A stretch of DNA of 32,000 nucleotides from Candidatus Saccharimonadota bacterium (GTDB lineage Bacteria; Patescibacteriota; Saccharimonadia; Saccharimonadales; Saccharimonadaceae), in NCBI GenBank assembly GCA_001897305.1, contig MKSO01000001.1, forward strand, positions 660,001-692,000, read 5' to 3'. Position numbers and translations under genes: made by a program. Every line of letters begins with the position of its first letter. The stretch's first letter is position 1. This document shows, piece by piece, positions 14,160-23,298 of this stretch. Under the pieces are notes generated by a model. It had not been told where the DNA came from. It saw only the letters and a program-made list of their open reading frames with translations, and made no database searches.

Positions 14160-15626
14160 CTACGGCCCAAGCGGCAAAGAGTTTACGTCACGACCTTGAT
14201 CGTCACAGCGCGGATTAGCACTCCCGCTTCGACGCGCAGACTCACAATACACCGAAACATTTACAGCACCGCCACCCTCATTAGAACGACTGGACGTTGT
14301 AAAATCGGTCTTACATGCATAGGAGGCATAGTACGTGACCGTCTCGGCATATTCACCGACATCCCAACCAAGATAGCGAACATAAGGGTCATCTAGAGTG
14401 CTCGTTGTATTGTAATACCCGGTTGTCGGTCTACGTGAGGTTGCGCCATTGCGGTACAGTCCAATTGTGCTATCTGCTACCCATGTATCAGCCGGACAGT
14501 ATGTCGTAAATTTACTATACTGCATAAGGTATCGATACCCCGCAGCCCAACTGACATCTCCGCCATATACCGGCGAGGCGGGAGCGATAATAGATCGTGT
14601 TACATTTGGAGTGCTTGTAGCCACCACCTCACTGCTGGTTGCATCACTTCCCTGACAGCGTGCCTTGGCACTGGCTATGTAGTTTTTGCCCTGAAAGGCA
14701 TTGCTCGTTTGCGACGATGTTGTTGTCCACGACCCGTATACTACCGCTGAGCTATCACTTGTCCTTACTCGCCCACTGCTTATACCCAATGCATATTGCA
14801 ACGTTGTTCCCGAAGCGCAGGTTACACCGGAAGCCGAAACAGTAACTTGCGCATCACCATTCACAAGATTTACGGCTGCTGACACCGTACCGGATGGTGG
14901 AGCAATACTTGTTACTTCGTTACCCGTCGCCGACTTTCCAATGTCAGCACCTACATACGGTGTTACTCTAAAGTAATACCGCTTACCTGAAATTAGCCCC
15001 GAGGCACTCGTGGAAAGGCCCTGTACTGTCGATGTGGTTGGCGAAGACATCGTGCTTGAAGTGCTACGTTCAACTCGATAGTTTGTAGCGTTTGGTACCT
15101 TAATCCATGACAGGCTTATCTGAGACGGCGAGTCAACCGTTAGTGTCAACTGGGTTGTGCCAGATGTAGCAATAGACCCATTATTACGACTTTTAAAGGT
15201 AACAATGCTTCCGTCTTTCTCTTTTTTATATTGCATAGTCCAACCCAGGCATTGCTCGTTCCCCTGGCAATTATCACCTACGTACGAATAATTATCGCCA
15301 CTGGACGACGAGAGACTCGAACAAATGATCGCATTTGCTCCACCAGACTTAGGCGATGTTACTATGTCTGTATTAATATCTAATAATGACGAAAGGTTAC
15401 TAGCCGACTGAGTCATTTGACTGCAGTTTGGGTACTCACCATTTTTTGCGTAGTATTTTTCGAGGGCATCGGTAATAGCTGTGATATTCGTTTCACGCCC
15501 ACTATCACGAGCGCCCTGTAGGTACTGCGTCATACCCGCCGCGCTTATAGCCACGAGAATGGCAAGCACCGCAATAACTATAATAAGCTCGACTAGCGTA
15601 AAGGCTTTGTAATACCGAGCTATCAT
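14160..15626 (-). CDS. Large type IV pilin-like protein (class III signal peptide plus FN3-like domain plus Cys-containing C-terminal domain)
   Basis: N-terminus MIARYYKA/FTLVELIIVIAVLAILVAISAAG, a prepilin-type methylation/cleavage motif with Glu+5. The FN3-like segment is LTLTVDSPSQISLSWIKVPNATNYRVERS...GLISGKRYYFRVTPY. Ser/Thr-rich. Confidence 0.8.
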   Translation of the reverse strand: MIARYYKAFTLVELIIVIAVLAILVAISAAGMTQYLQGARDSGRETNITAITDALEKYYAKNGEYPNCSQMTQSASNLSSLLDINTDIVTSPKSGGANAIICSSLSSSSGDNYSYVGDNCQGNEQCLGWTMQYKKEKDGSIVTFKSRNNGSIATSGTTQLTLTVDSPSQISLSWIKVPNATNYRVERSTSSTMSSPTTSTVQGLSTSASGLISGKRYYFRVTPYVGADIGKSATGNEVTSIAPPSGTVSAAVNLVNGDAQVTVSASGVTCASGTTLQYALGISSGRVRTSDSSAVVYGSWTTTSSQTSNAFQGKNYIASAKARCQGSDATSSEVVATSTPNVTRSIIAPASPVYGGDVSWAAGYRYLMQYSKFTTYCPADTWVADSTIGLYRNGATSRRPTTGYYNTTSTLDDPYVRYLGWDVGEYAETVTYYASYACKTDFTTSSRSNEGGGAVNVSVYCESARRSGSANPRCDDQGRDVNSLPLGP

Positions 15627-16483
15627 TATTTGGCCTGCCTATCGACCAGTGCGCTCAAAACACCATTCCATTTTGCCTCAGAGATAGTGCGCTGCAGTTC
15701 TGGTGAACTAACTACGCCATCATCATTCACTTTCCCTGCTAAATCACCAATGTACTGCCATGTGCCGTCCGTATTACCAAATAAGTATTTATCAGCTAGT
15801 CGATCCTGCTCAGGTTGGCGGTAGGTAATAGCTATGAGCGCGCCACTAATGCGAGATTCATTAGTCTGCGTACGACTCACCAGGGCAACTCCTTGAGACT
15901 TGATTGTTGACGCTACGTCATCCGGGAGCACAGCCAGAAGTGCCTGTACTCGCCCAACCTCCTCGCTAATGGCCTGGGTATCGCTGCACGCAAATGAATA
16001 TTCTAGAGCACCAGCTCTCTGTAAAAGACATTGAAACAGGTTGTTTTTAAAGACCGCTATTGCCTGCTGGAGATGCGCTGGCTCTTGATAGCTTAGATCT
16101 TGGCCAGCAAGCCCCTTCTTAAGCGCTTCAACAAGCACTGCTTCATCAATGTGCTTAGTATTTACCGCATCAGTTTGAAATACAGCCCTATGCGAACTTT
16201 GTATGGTTACTTTAGATAGATTTTCAACACCACTATCAACAACGATATTTTCGTGCACCAGACTGTCCTGTGAATTATAACTGAAACCTGGGAGCGCTTC
16301 GGCCATTGTAGCCCTAGCACTTTCTACTACCGTCGTAATATCTGTACTGGAAGCCGGTTGTTTACCGCCAGACGTTCGATAAAACACAGTGCAAACAATC
16401 AAAACAATAGAAAAAACACCTAGCACTATGCCTATCGACAAAAGAGCCCATTTGATAATTTGTCTGTTGTCTTTTGTAACCAT
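15626..16483 (-). CDS. Hypothetical membrane-anchored protein, translationally coupled to the pilin-like gene
   Basis: 285-aa ORF with one N-terminal TM helix (WALLSIGIVLGVFSIVLIVCTVF). Its stop and the pilin start overlap (TAATG). No family recognised. Confidence 0.6.
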   Translation of the reverse strand: MVTKDNRQIIKWALLSIGIVLGVFSIVLIVCTVFYRTSGGKQPASSTDITTVVESARATMAEALPGFSYNSQDSLVHENIVVDSGVENLSKVTIQSSHRAVFQTDAVNTKHIDEAVLVEALKKGLAGQDLSYQEPAHLQQAIAVFKNNLFQCLLQRAGALEYSFACSDTQAISEEVGRVQALLAVLPDDVASTIKSQGVALVSRTQTNESRISGALIAITYRQPEQDRLADKYLFGNTDGTWQYIGDLAGKVNDDGVVSSPELQRTISEAKWNGVLSALVDRQAK

Positions 16484-16533
16484 TACTACAATAATCTTAT
16501 GCTACAAAGAATAAATTTACTATAGTATATAAC

Positions 16534-16558
16534 AAAAAAAGCCACCGTATCTGATGAC
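16534..16558 (-). terminator. Weak intrinsic terminator after tRNA-Leu
   Basis: Minus strand reads GUCAUC AGAUAC GGUGGC (6 bp, two G-U pairs) followed by U7. Confidence 0.45.
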
Positions 16559-16630
16559 CTGTTTTATAATTTCACCCAACTCACTATCTAGGGCGTTCGG
16601 AAACGATGGATTATCGTGGTAATCCCTGTT

Positions 16631-16717
16631 TGGTGCGCGTGAGAGGACTTGAACCTCCACGTCCTTGCGAACACTAGCACCTCAAGCTAGCCTGTCTACC
16701 AATTCCAGCACACGCGC
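16631..16717 (-). tRNA. tRNA-Leu (anticodon GAG), long variable arm, CCA encoded
   Basis: GCGCGTG TG CTGG AATTGGTAGA CAGG CTAGC TTGAGGT GCTAG TGTTCGCAAGGACGT GGAGG TTCAAGT CCTCT CACGCGC A CCA, 87 nt. Confidence 0.9.
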
Positions 16718-16764
16718 ATGTAAATGTAACAAAATAAACTACCCGATCGGTAGTTTACATATCT

Positions 16765-16841
16765 TGGTGGGCGCTGAGGGATTCGAACCCCCGACCCTCT
16801 CGGTGTAAACGAGATGCTCTAGCCAACTGAGCTAAGCGCCC
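16765..16841 (-). tRNA. tRNA-Val (anticodon TAC), CCA encoded
   Basis: GGGCGCT TA GCTC AGTTGGCTA GAGC A TCTCG TTTACAC CGAGA GGGTC GGGGG TTCGAAT CCCTC AGCGCCC A CCA, 77 nt. Confidence 0.92.
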
Positions 16842-16852
16842 GACATCTGGTG

Positions 16853-16881
16853 ATTATACAGAAAAAATGTCAGCGAATCAA
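16853..16881 (-). promoter_or_regulatory. Promoter of the tRNA-Val/tRNA-Leu pair
   Basis: Minus strand reads TTGATT-17 nt-TATAAT, with 11 nt to the tRNA-Val 5' end. The geometry matches the tRNA-Gly(GCC) promoter. Confidence 0.65.
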
Positions 16882-16892
16882 GAGGGTAATCG

Positions 16893-18689
16893 TTACGGCG
16901 TCTGGAAAACGCGCTCCGTACCTACCGTCCAGTACAAAACGTTCTGATAGCGATCAAGCCCAGAAACCAGTACCGCATCGGGTGCCAAAGCACGGACGTT
17001 AGCCGTATGCACGTATTGGACCGTTGATTGGTACAAGCCTATCGCTGGAACATCACTAAGCCATTGGCGGGCAAAATTGGTATATTTCGCATCGCGTAAG
17101 TTTGTTTCCGTTCGAGAGCGGGCACTCACCAAAGCCTCATCGCCAATACCGCTTTTGTAATTTGATAGGTTAAGGCCTGAAGACACCTGAGAGCTATGCC
17201 AGTAGGCGTATACATCGGGGTCACCGCCAATAACCAATTGGTAAAGCAATACATCGTAATGGCGGGGTTGTAGAATATCTTGCGCTACGTTTTGCGCTGG
17301 GTCACTAGGGTCAACGATGCTTGTCGTCACCGTTATACCCAACGAACGCCACTGCTCGGATAGCACATTTAAGGCTGCTTCAAAGTCGCTGTTCTTGGTT
17401 GTTACAACAGTAAGAGTAAGTTCCTTGCCCTCTTTTTTGCGTAACGAACCTTCGAGTTTCCAGCCCGCCTGGTCAAGCAGTTCGGCTGCCTTTTGAGCAT
17501 CATACGTAGGTTCGGCCGGCAAGTTTCCACCGCCTACCTGGGAATCAATAAACGGTAGCCAGAGGGCAGGAAGTTTGTCAGAGATAGCCGTTCGCACGGC
17601 AGCCGTATTCGTGCCCGCCTGCAAAGCCTGTCTGACCTTTTGATCTTGCAAGATAGTACTAGTTGTATTAAATAGAGCGTACACACCATTATTCACCGGA
17701 ACGTAATCAACCGTGTAACGCGCACTGTTTATTGATTTGGCAGCAGTAACCGAAATATCACTAGCGGCATTAACCTCAGAGGTTGCCAGAGCTCGCTTGA
17801 CTGTATCGATATCCTTGTACACATGAAGTTGTATGCGACTCAGTTTTGCCGCACCTTTGTAGTAGTTGTCGTTACGAGCCAAGTAGATAATTTTACGACC
17901 ATGCGTGGCATCGACATCTTGAAGCAACTTAAGTGAAAAAGGTCCGCTTCCCACTGGGTTAGAGCTAAAGGCATTTTCGCGTAGTTGCGAAGGTTCTACA
18001 TCACGCAGTACGTGCTCGGGAAGGATTGGCAATGAACGCAAAGCGTGCGGAAAAGCTGCATACACGGCCGGCAAACTAAACGCTACCGTTACATCATCAA
18101 CAGCCTCAACTTTCACACCAGTCCAGCCAGTAAGAGTTGAGCGAGTAGCAGCATTTTGCAATAACCCAACCGTAAACACAACATCTCGAGCCCGTACATA
18201 GCGACCATCACTCCACTGCGCATCTGGGCGAATGGTTAAAGTGTATGTTTTTTGATCTTCACTGACCTTCATACTGTCAGCTAGATCATAGTTTAAATGA
18301 CCAGTACTATCGTAGGTAAGAAGCCTCGAGAAAAGTAATTCACTTGCCGCATCTTCAGCGTTTGATTGCGCAAAGATTGGGTTAAGCGTATTGACTGGCC
18401 CAACTACAGCTTCGGCATACGTACCATTACTTGCCCCGACCGTGGTTTGGTACTCGTTTTGATACCACCAAAACTGTAACCCCGTAGCCCCAATAAGCAC
18501 CCCAATAACAAGTACCCAAAGCGCAATGTGTCGGCGAGCCTCGCGAAAGTTATCCCATCGTTTAAATACAAAACGACGAGCGTGCCGTACGGTAGCGCTC
18601 TCTACCCTTTTCATGCGGCGCGACAAATCCTTAGAGCTAAAGCTCATTTTTGGAAGACGACGCCACTTACCCGGTTCGTTATCAGCCAC
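16893..18689 (-). CDS. Family-5 extracellular solute-binding protein (peptide/nickel ABC-type, OppA/DppA-like), membrane-anchored
   Basis: N-terminal TM helix (IALWVLVIGVLIGATGLQFWW), then SBP_bac_5-like sequence (..LLFSRLLTYDSTGHLNYDLADSMKVSEDQKTYTLTIRPDAQWSDGRYVRARDVVFT..). No cognate permease or ATPase genes are adjacent. Confidence 0.8.
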   Translation of the reverse strand: MADNEPGKWRRLPKMSFSSKDLSRRMKRVESATVRHARRFVFKRWDNFREARRHIALWVLVIGVLIGATGLQFWWYQNEYQTTVGASNGTYAEAVVGPVNTLNPIFAQSNAEDAASELLFSRLLTYDSTGHLNYDLADSMKVSEDQKTYTLTIRPDAQWSDGRYVRARDVVFTVGLLQNAATRSTLTGWTGVKVEAVDDVTVAFSLPAVYAAFPHALRSLPILPEHVLRDVEPSQLRENAFSSNPVGSGPFSLKLLQDVDATHGRKIIYLARNDNYYKGAAKLSRIQLHVYKDIDTVKRALATSEVNAASDISVTAAKSINSARYTVDYVPVNNGVYALFNTTSTILQDQKVRQALQAGTNTAAVRTAISDKLPALWLPFIDSQVGGGNLPAEPTYDAQKAAELLDQAGWKLEGSLRKKEGKELTLTVVTTKNSDFEAALNVLSEQWRSLGITVTTSIVDPSDPAQNVAQDILQPRHYDVLLYQLVIGGDPDVYAYWHSSQVSSGLNLSNYKSGIGDEALVSARSRTETNLRDAKYTNFARQWLSDVPAIGLYQSTVQYVHTANVRALAPDAVLVSGLDRYQNVLYWTVGTERVFQTP

Positions 18690-18702
18690 GAACTACTACT
18701 AC

Positions 18703-18930
18703 CTAGCTAGGAATTAAAAGGCCAACCAAAATCGAAAGGACAAAAATAACAGCAAAAACGATCGTAACCTCGAAAAGGTTTTTATCAACACCGCGACGAG
18801 TAGTATACAGTTCACCAGAACTACCAAAACCAGCACCGAGCGTAGCACCTCGTTGTTGCAAAAGTATAGCCAATACAAGTAATACAGCTGAACCGATAGT
18901 AACGAATTGAAGAATAGTATTAATTGACAT
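18703..18930 (-). CDS. secG: Preprotein translocase subunit SecG
   Basis: MSINTILQFVTIGSAVLLVLAILLQQRGATLGAGFGSSGELYTTRRG...: two TM helices flanking a Gly-rich loop, ~75 aa. AGGAG lies 6 nt upstream of ATG 18930. Confidence 0.8.
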   Translation of the reverse strand: MSINTILQFVTIGSAVLLVLAILLQQRGATLGAGFGSSGELYTTRRGVDKNLFEVTIVFAVIFVLSILVGLLIPS

Positions 18931-19318
18931 GCGTACTCCTGCTTTTTTCAGCGCGAATTTCAATCGCAGCACTTACTATATAGTTTACCAGACTTAGAAT
19001 AATTCCGGTAATTATTGAGTTGCCAAATGACATAGCAATGCCCGGTGCGATCAACAGCGATATATATACCAACACACCATTCACAATAATAGTAAACAGC
19101 CCGAGCGTCAGCAAAATAGCAGGCAATGAGACAATCACTAGAAGTGGTTTAAATAAACTATTGATAATCGAGAATATCAAACCGGCGAATAGAAATCTCC
19201 AGAAACCAGCCGTAACATCAACATGGTTATAGCCGGTACCTAATATGCGCACACTCACCCATAACCCGAGCGCGGTTAACACCCAACGCAGTACAAATAC
19301 AAGAACTTGTTGTTTCAT
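18920..19318 (-). CDS. Four-TM 'phage holin family 4 / DUF360 (YvlD-like)' membrane protein
   Basis: 132 aa with four hydrophobic helices. The pattern LFKPLLVIVSLPAILLTLGLFTIIVNGVLVY is typical of PF04020-type proteins (recalled, not searched). Its 3' end overlaps secG by 11 nt. Confidence 0.65.
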   Translation of the reverse strand: MKQQVLVFVLRWVLTALGLWVSVRILGTGYNHVDVTAGFWRFLFAGLIFSIINSLFKPLLVIVSLPAILLTLGLFTIIVNGVLVYISLLIAPGIAMSFGNSIITGIILSLVNYIVSAAIEIRAEKSRSTHVN

Positions 19319-19340
19319 TATTACTGATTAGTATAGCACA

Positions 19341-20543
19341 TTAAAGGTCGGTCGAGAGAGCCGCACTCAAGTTCTCGTTTCCCGCCTCCGTTACTAAAAT
19401 ATCGTCCTCAATACGAACTCCAATGCCTTCTTCGGGTATGTATATGCCTGGTTCAACTGTCAGAACCATACCGGGTTGAAATTCCTTATAGCCACCCAGA
19501 GATTCATGTACATCAATACCAAGGCCATGACTAATAGCATGGGGGAAGTATTTTCGGTAGTCGGCTGGAGTGTTCAAGAGGCCCAAACTGCGAAGCGCTT
19601 CTTTCATAATAGTATCGGTGCCGTCTTGATAGTCTTTGAAGGTAACACCCGGCCGGATGAGGTCGATAATAGCAAAATGCGCCTTCTGTACCGCTGCGTG
19701 CACGGCCTTTTCACGACTGGAAGGCTCGCCTATTGCATACGTACGGGTAATGTCGGCACAATAGCCATTGAAACGGGCGCCAATATCAATTAATACAAGA
19801 CCATTTTTCGGTAATGCGGCATTATTTTTCGCATAATGGAGCGTACAGGCATTACTACCACCAGCAACGATCGGTTCGTAGGCATGCTGTGCGTTGTGAC
19901 TACGAAATACATAGCCGAATTCTGCTTCAAGGTCATATTCATACTGTTTACTTAGTAGTGCGTTATGAGCCGTCTTGAACGCCTTGACAGTATTCCCAAT
20001 TGCCTCTCGCATAATAGTTAGTTCATCAGTGTTTTTTTGAGCGCGCTGGCGTGCAATAATAGGCCGTATATCAACAAGCTCCCCTGCCATTTTCTTTAGC
20101 ATGTCCGAAAGCGCCTTTTGTGCAGGGTTATGATGAAAACTGTTATAACGACGATAGGGATCCGGCCCTACAACCCCCACTTTGCGATACTTCTTTACCG
20201 CAGCGCGTAACAACCTCAAGCCCTCATTCCGCGGTACCACCCTATCGACACCGCTCGTATTACATATCTGGCTAAAATCATGCTGGCCATTAAAAATGGC
20301 TTCCGTATCAGATATTTTTGGCGCAATCAAAACACTCTCTGTATCATCAACCAGCAAAGTCCATCCCGGTTCATCAATCCCCGTTAAGTAATAGAAATGA
20401 GCCTCCTGAATAAAGGGGGCTGACGCATCATTCGTTTGCTGCATAGGCGTAAATGACCCAACAACAAAGAGGTCTAGATCATGCTGCTCTTTTAACTTGG
20501 CTTGCAAGAGTGTACGGTGACTGTGAAAAAGGGTCTGCGCCAT
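19341..20543 (-). CDS. Xaa-Pro aminopeptidase / prolidase (peptidase M24B)
   Basis: Metal-ligand motifs are present: [36 protein letters not shown] and RIEDD. Confidence 0.9.
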   Translation of the reverse strand: MAQTLFHSHRTLLQAKLKEQHDLDLFVVGSFTPMQQTNDASAPFIQEAHFYYLTGIDEPGWTLLVDDTESVLIAPKISDTEAIFNGQHDFSQICNTSGVDRVVPRNEGLRLLRAAVKKYRKVGVVGPDPYRRYNSFHHNPAQKALSDMLKKMAGELVDIRPIIARQRAQKNTDELTIMREAIGNTVKAFKTAHNALLSKQYEYDLEAEFGYVFRSHNAQHAYEPIVAGGSNACTLHYAKNNAALPKNGLVLIDIGARFNGYCADITRTYAIGEPSSREKAVHAAVQKAHFAIIDLIRPGVTFKDYQDGTDTIMKEALRSLGLLNTPADYRKYFPHAISHGLGIDVHESLGGYKEFQPGMVLTVEPGIYIPEEGIGVRIEDDILVTEAGNENLSAALSTDL

Positions 20544-21631
20544 TATTTTGTCAGTGTAACAGAAGTAAGCTGCTGGTCATAGACAACAGTTGATGCGGGT
20601 GACTTATTAGTGTATGAAAGATTGATAGCTGCCGAGGCTCCAGATGCAGGTGGTTTGAAGTAGAATGTTGGTCCGAAGGTGCTAATACCAGCAGATAATG
20701 CCGAGAACGACTGCGTAATACTAGTACCGTATGTTGTACCATCAGACGAAACGGTTGCACCATTTGTTGCCGTAATCGTAACATCCACCTGACCACAATT
20801 TCCCTCGCTACAACCCCTTGAAGATGGCACCGTCAAAGAACCACCAATAGCAATTACTCCAGTTGAAGGAAGCGTGTCACCGTAGGTAATTTGATACGCA
20901 CCGCATGTCGCATTACTACAGTGTACGTAGGCTACGTTTGTATAGTTAAACGTATAATTCCAACCATCAACAGGTGTTTTAACTGAACGCACAGTTGACC
21001 AACTACTCTGTATACCTGACACAACCGCCGCAACTCGATAGTAATAGGTAGTATTGGCTGAAAGTCCTGTTTGCGTGACCGGAAAGGCGGAGGCACCGGC
21101 CACATCCGAGCTGCTCATACTGCTTGTGAATGAAGAATTCAAAGCGCGTTGCAATACATACTTTGTTGCGTTATTAGTAGCGGTCGTTAATGATACGGTT
21201 ATTGAGGTCGATGACGCCGCGGTTAGGGATATACTTGGGGTTTGCATTACACAACTGCCCGACTGAAGTGTTTTATCATCTCCGCTGCGCGTATCAACAT
21301 AAAACGTGACCGCACTATACTGTTGGCTCACGGCTTGAATACAATACCCCTTGCTATCACCGTCTATATAAGCAACAGTTACCCCATCACTAGCTGCAAA
21401 CGTCGACGGTATTCTTAGCGGATAGCCCGTATCGCTAAAATTACGAGCGTCTTCCATTGCTGATATAGCATGGCCAAGATCACTTTTTACTTCGTCCGTA
21501 GCTATTCTCTGCCGCCACGCCCCATAGCCAATAACAGATATAGCAGCCAAAATACCAATAACAACTATTACAATTACGAGCTCAACTATCGTAAAACCGT
21601 TTTTATTTTTGATTTGTCTTAGCTGTGGCAT
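20543..21631 (-). CDS. Large type IV pilin-like protein 2 (class III signal peptide plus FN3-like domain plus Cys-containing C-terminal domain)
   Basis: MPQLRQIKNKNG/FTIVELVIVIVVIGILAAISVIGYGAW (G-1, F+1, E+5). The FN3-like segment is ISLTAASSTSITVSLTTATNNATKYVLQRA...GLSANTTYYYRVAAV. Start set at ATG 21631, which avoids overlap with uvrC. Its stop overlaps the aminopeptidase start (TAATG). Confidence 0.82.
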   Translation of the reverse strand: MPQLRQIKNKNGFTIVELVIVIVVIGILAAISVIGYGAWRQRIATDEVKSDLGHAISAMEDARNFSDTGYPLRIPSTFAASDGVTVAYIDGDSKGYCIQAVSQQYSAVTFYVDTRSGDDKTLQSGSCVMQTPSISLTAASSTSITVSLTTATNNATKYVLQRALNSSFTSSMSSSDVAGASAFPVTQTGLSANTTYYYRVAAVVSGIQSSWSTVRSVKTPVDGWNYTFNYTNVAYVHCSNATCGAYQITYGDTLPSTGVIAIGGSLTVPSSRGCSEGNCGQVDVTITATNGATVSSDGTTYGTSITQSFSALSAGISTFGPTFYFKPPASGASAAINLSYTNKSPASTVVYDQQLTSVTLTK

Positions 21632-21641
21632 ACTTGGCCTC

Positions 21642-21671
21642 ACTATAGCATAAGCGTGTTTACCCCTGCAA
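21642..21671 (-). promoter_or_regulatory. Candidate promoter of pilin-like gene 2, overlapping the uvrC stop
   Basis: Minus strand reads TTGCAG-18 nt-TATAGT-10 nt-ATG. Confidence 0.4.
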
Positions 21672-23216
21672 ATAGCCCATGATCTGCTCGGCTTTTTGAG
21701 TGCCAACAACTTCTGCTAGCTTTTCTACAGGCACCTCTTTTAAAGCCCTAACACTCCCAAAGGTTCGTATTAATTTTCGACGCGTGGCTGGGCCAACGCC
21801 TGGTATATCTTCGAGTACGCTGGTTGTTTGTTTATTGCGTTTCAAAACGGTATGATAACTAACCGCGAAGCGGTGCGACTCATCACGGATCCGTTGAAAC
21901 AACTTAGTAACGTGGGAATACTTTGTAATACCGGCACCTGTACTGGCGCGTAGGTTTTTGGAGTGCCCCGAAGCATTCGTTTGACCCGGGTGTAAGTTGA
22001 CTACATAAAACTCACCCGATCGGCTGACAAACACATCACTGTTTTGATTTTTCATTAAGTCTTGTAGCTTGTCCGTTGCAATGTGCGACTTCGTACCGTG
22101 TACAATAACTTCTTCTTCACGTTTAGCAATGCTAATAATGGGTACCTGAATTTCTCGTTCGTCCAGCGCCCGTATTGCCGCTTCAAGCTGACCCTTGCCT
22201 CCGTCTATTAATAAAAGATCGGGCATACCCCAGCTTTTTATATTTTTCTCACTAAAACGTCGAAATAGTACTTCGTGCATATTGGCGTAATCGTCATTTC
22301 GCTCGGCCGTTTTAAACTTGCGGTAATTCGCCCGGTCGCTGACACCATTAGTAAATACCACCATACTCGCCACTACATTTTGTCCGCTCATATGGCTAAT
22401 ATCATAGCCTTCAATGCGGGCGGGAATTTTTGATAAACCAAAAAGTTCCACCAAATCACCCAGGGCTTTATCTTTGCTAATATCCAAAAACTCTCGGTCG
22501 CCAAACATAATTTTCTGCTGTAATGCCCGTAAATCATTAAGCTGGTTGCGAAAATGGGCGGCGTTTTCAAAGTCGTGCAGCTTGGCGGCTAAGCGCATCT
22601 GCTTTTCGATATCACGAATAATTGCTTTTCGCCCACCTTCAATGTAACGGACCAGTTGGCGCAATACTGCTTTGTATTCATCTGATGACACGCCGGGTCG
22701 AGGGCTTAAGCCAATGTGTGAATCCAGGTCGGGCCGTTGGCCGGGCTTAGGCGCTTTTGTGTAATAGGGAAAAATTTTACGCAGGTAACGGAGCGCTTTT
22801 TTAATAGCAAAGCCATTGTAGTACGGGCCGAAATAATCAGCACCGTCATCGATTGGGTTACGCGTAAAACTAACTGTTGGCCATGGGCTTTTCATGTCGA
22901 TACGCACGAAGGTTTGTGATTTGTCATCGCGCAGCAAAATATTGTAGCGCGGCATATAGCGCTTCACCATTTCCGATTCTAAAAATAAAGCGTCCAGCTC
23001 ACTTTCGGTCTCGACCCAATCGGTATCTTCAATTTCTTCAACCAACGCCCTGGTTTTGATATCCATATCACGGGTGCTTTGAAAGTACTGCCGTACTCGG
23101 TTCTTTAGTACCGCCGCCTTACCTACATAAATAATTTCACCAGTCTTTGACTTATGAAAATACACCCCTGCCGAACGAGGGAGGATTTTCAGCTTTGCTT
23201 CAAGTACAGCGTTCAT
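21660..23216 (-). CDS. uvrC: Excinuclease ABC subunit C
   Basis: GIY-YIG N-terminus (GVYFHKSKTGEIIYVGKAAVLKNRVRQYF), a UVR-like helix (FENAAHFRNQLNDLRAL), an endonuclease V-like region, and a C-terminal (HhH)2 (IPGVGPATRRKLIRTFGSVRALK). At 518 aa it is short for UvrC. Confidence 0.9.
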   Translation of the reverse strand: MNAVLEAKLKILPRSAGVYFHKSKTGEIIYVGKAAVLKNRVRQYFQSTRDMDIKTRALVEEIEDTDWVETESELDALFLESEMVKRYMPRYNILLRDDKSQTFVRIDMKSPWPTVSFTRNPIDDGADYFGPYYNGFAIKKALRYLRKIFPYYTKAPKPGQRPDLDSHIGLSPRPGVSSDEYKAVLRQLVRYIEGGRKAIIRDIEKQMRLAAKLHDFENAAHFRNQLNDLRALQQKIMFGDREFLDISKDKALGDLVELFGLSKIPARIEGYDISHMSGQNVVASMVVFTNGVSDRANYRKFKTAERNDDYANMHEVLFRRFSEKNIKSWGMPDLLLIDGGKGQLEAAIRALDEREIQVPIISIAKREEEVIVHGTKSHIATDKLQDLMKNQNSDVFVSRSGEFYVVNLHPGQTNASGHSKNLRASTGAGITKYSHVTKLFQRIRDESHRFAVSYHTVLKRNKQTTSVLEDIPGVGPATRRKLIRTFGSVRALKEVPVEKLAEVVGTQKAEQIMGYLQG

Positions 23217-23245
23217 TTCTTCTATTATACGCGAGGATGGTATGT

Positions 23246-23280
23246 AAAAAAATCACCACCACGTCGTACCGTGATGGTGA
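23246..23280 (-). terminator. Intrinsic terminator after the DUF308 gene
   Basis: Minus strand reads TCACCA-U-CACG-GUACGA-CGUG-G-UGGUGA followed by U7. Confidence 0.7.
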
Positions 23281-23298
23281 AATAGTATGTTTATATGA

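Noticed and set aside
14160-21631. Possible DGR variable region or TR/VR repeat linked to the pilin C-termini; CRISPR arrays or other tandem repeats
   Set aside because: No reverse transcriptase gene, no C-type-lectin-like C-terminus, and no repeated ~100-nt segment was seen by eye. No regularly spaced direct repeats occur anywhere in the window. A computational self-dot-plot would be needed to exclude short repeats rigorously.
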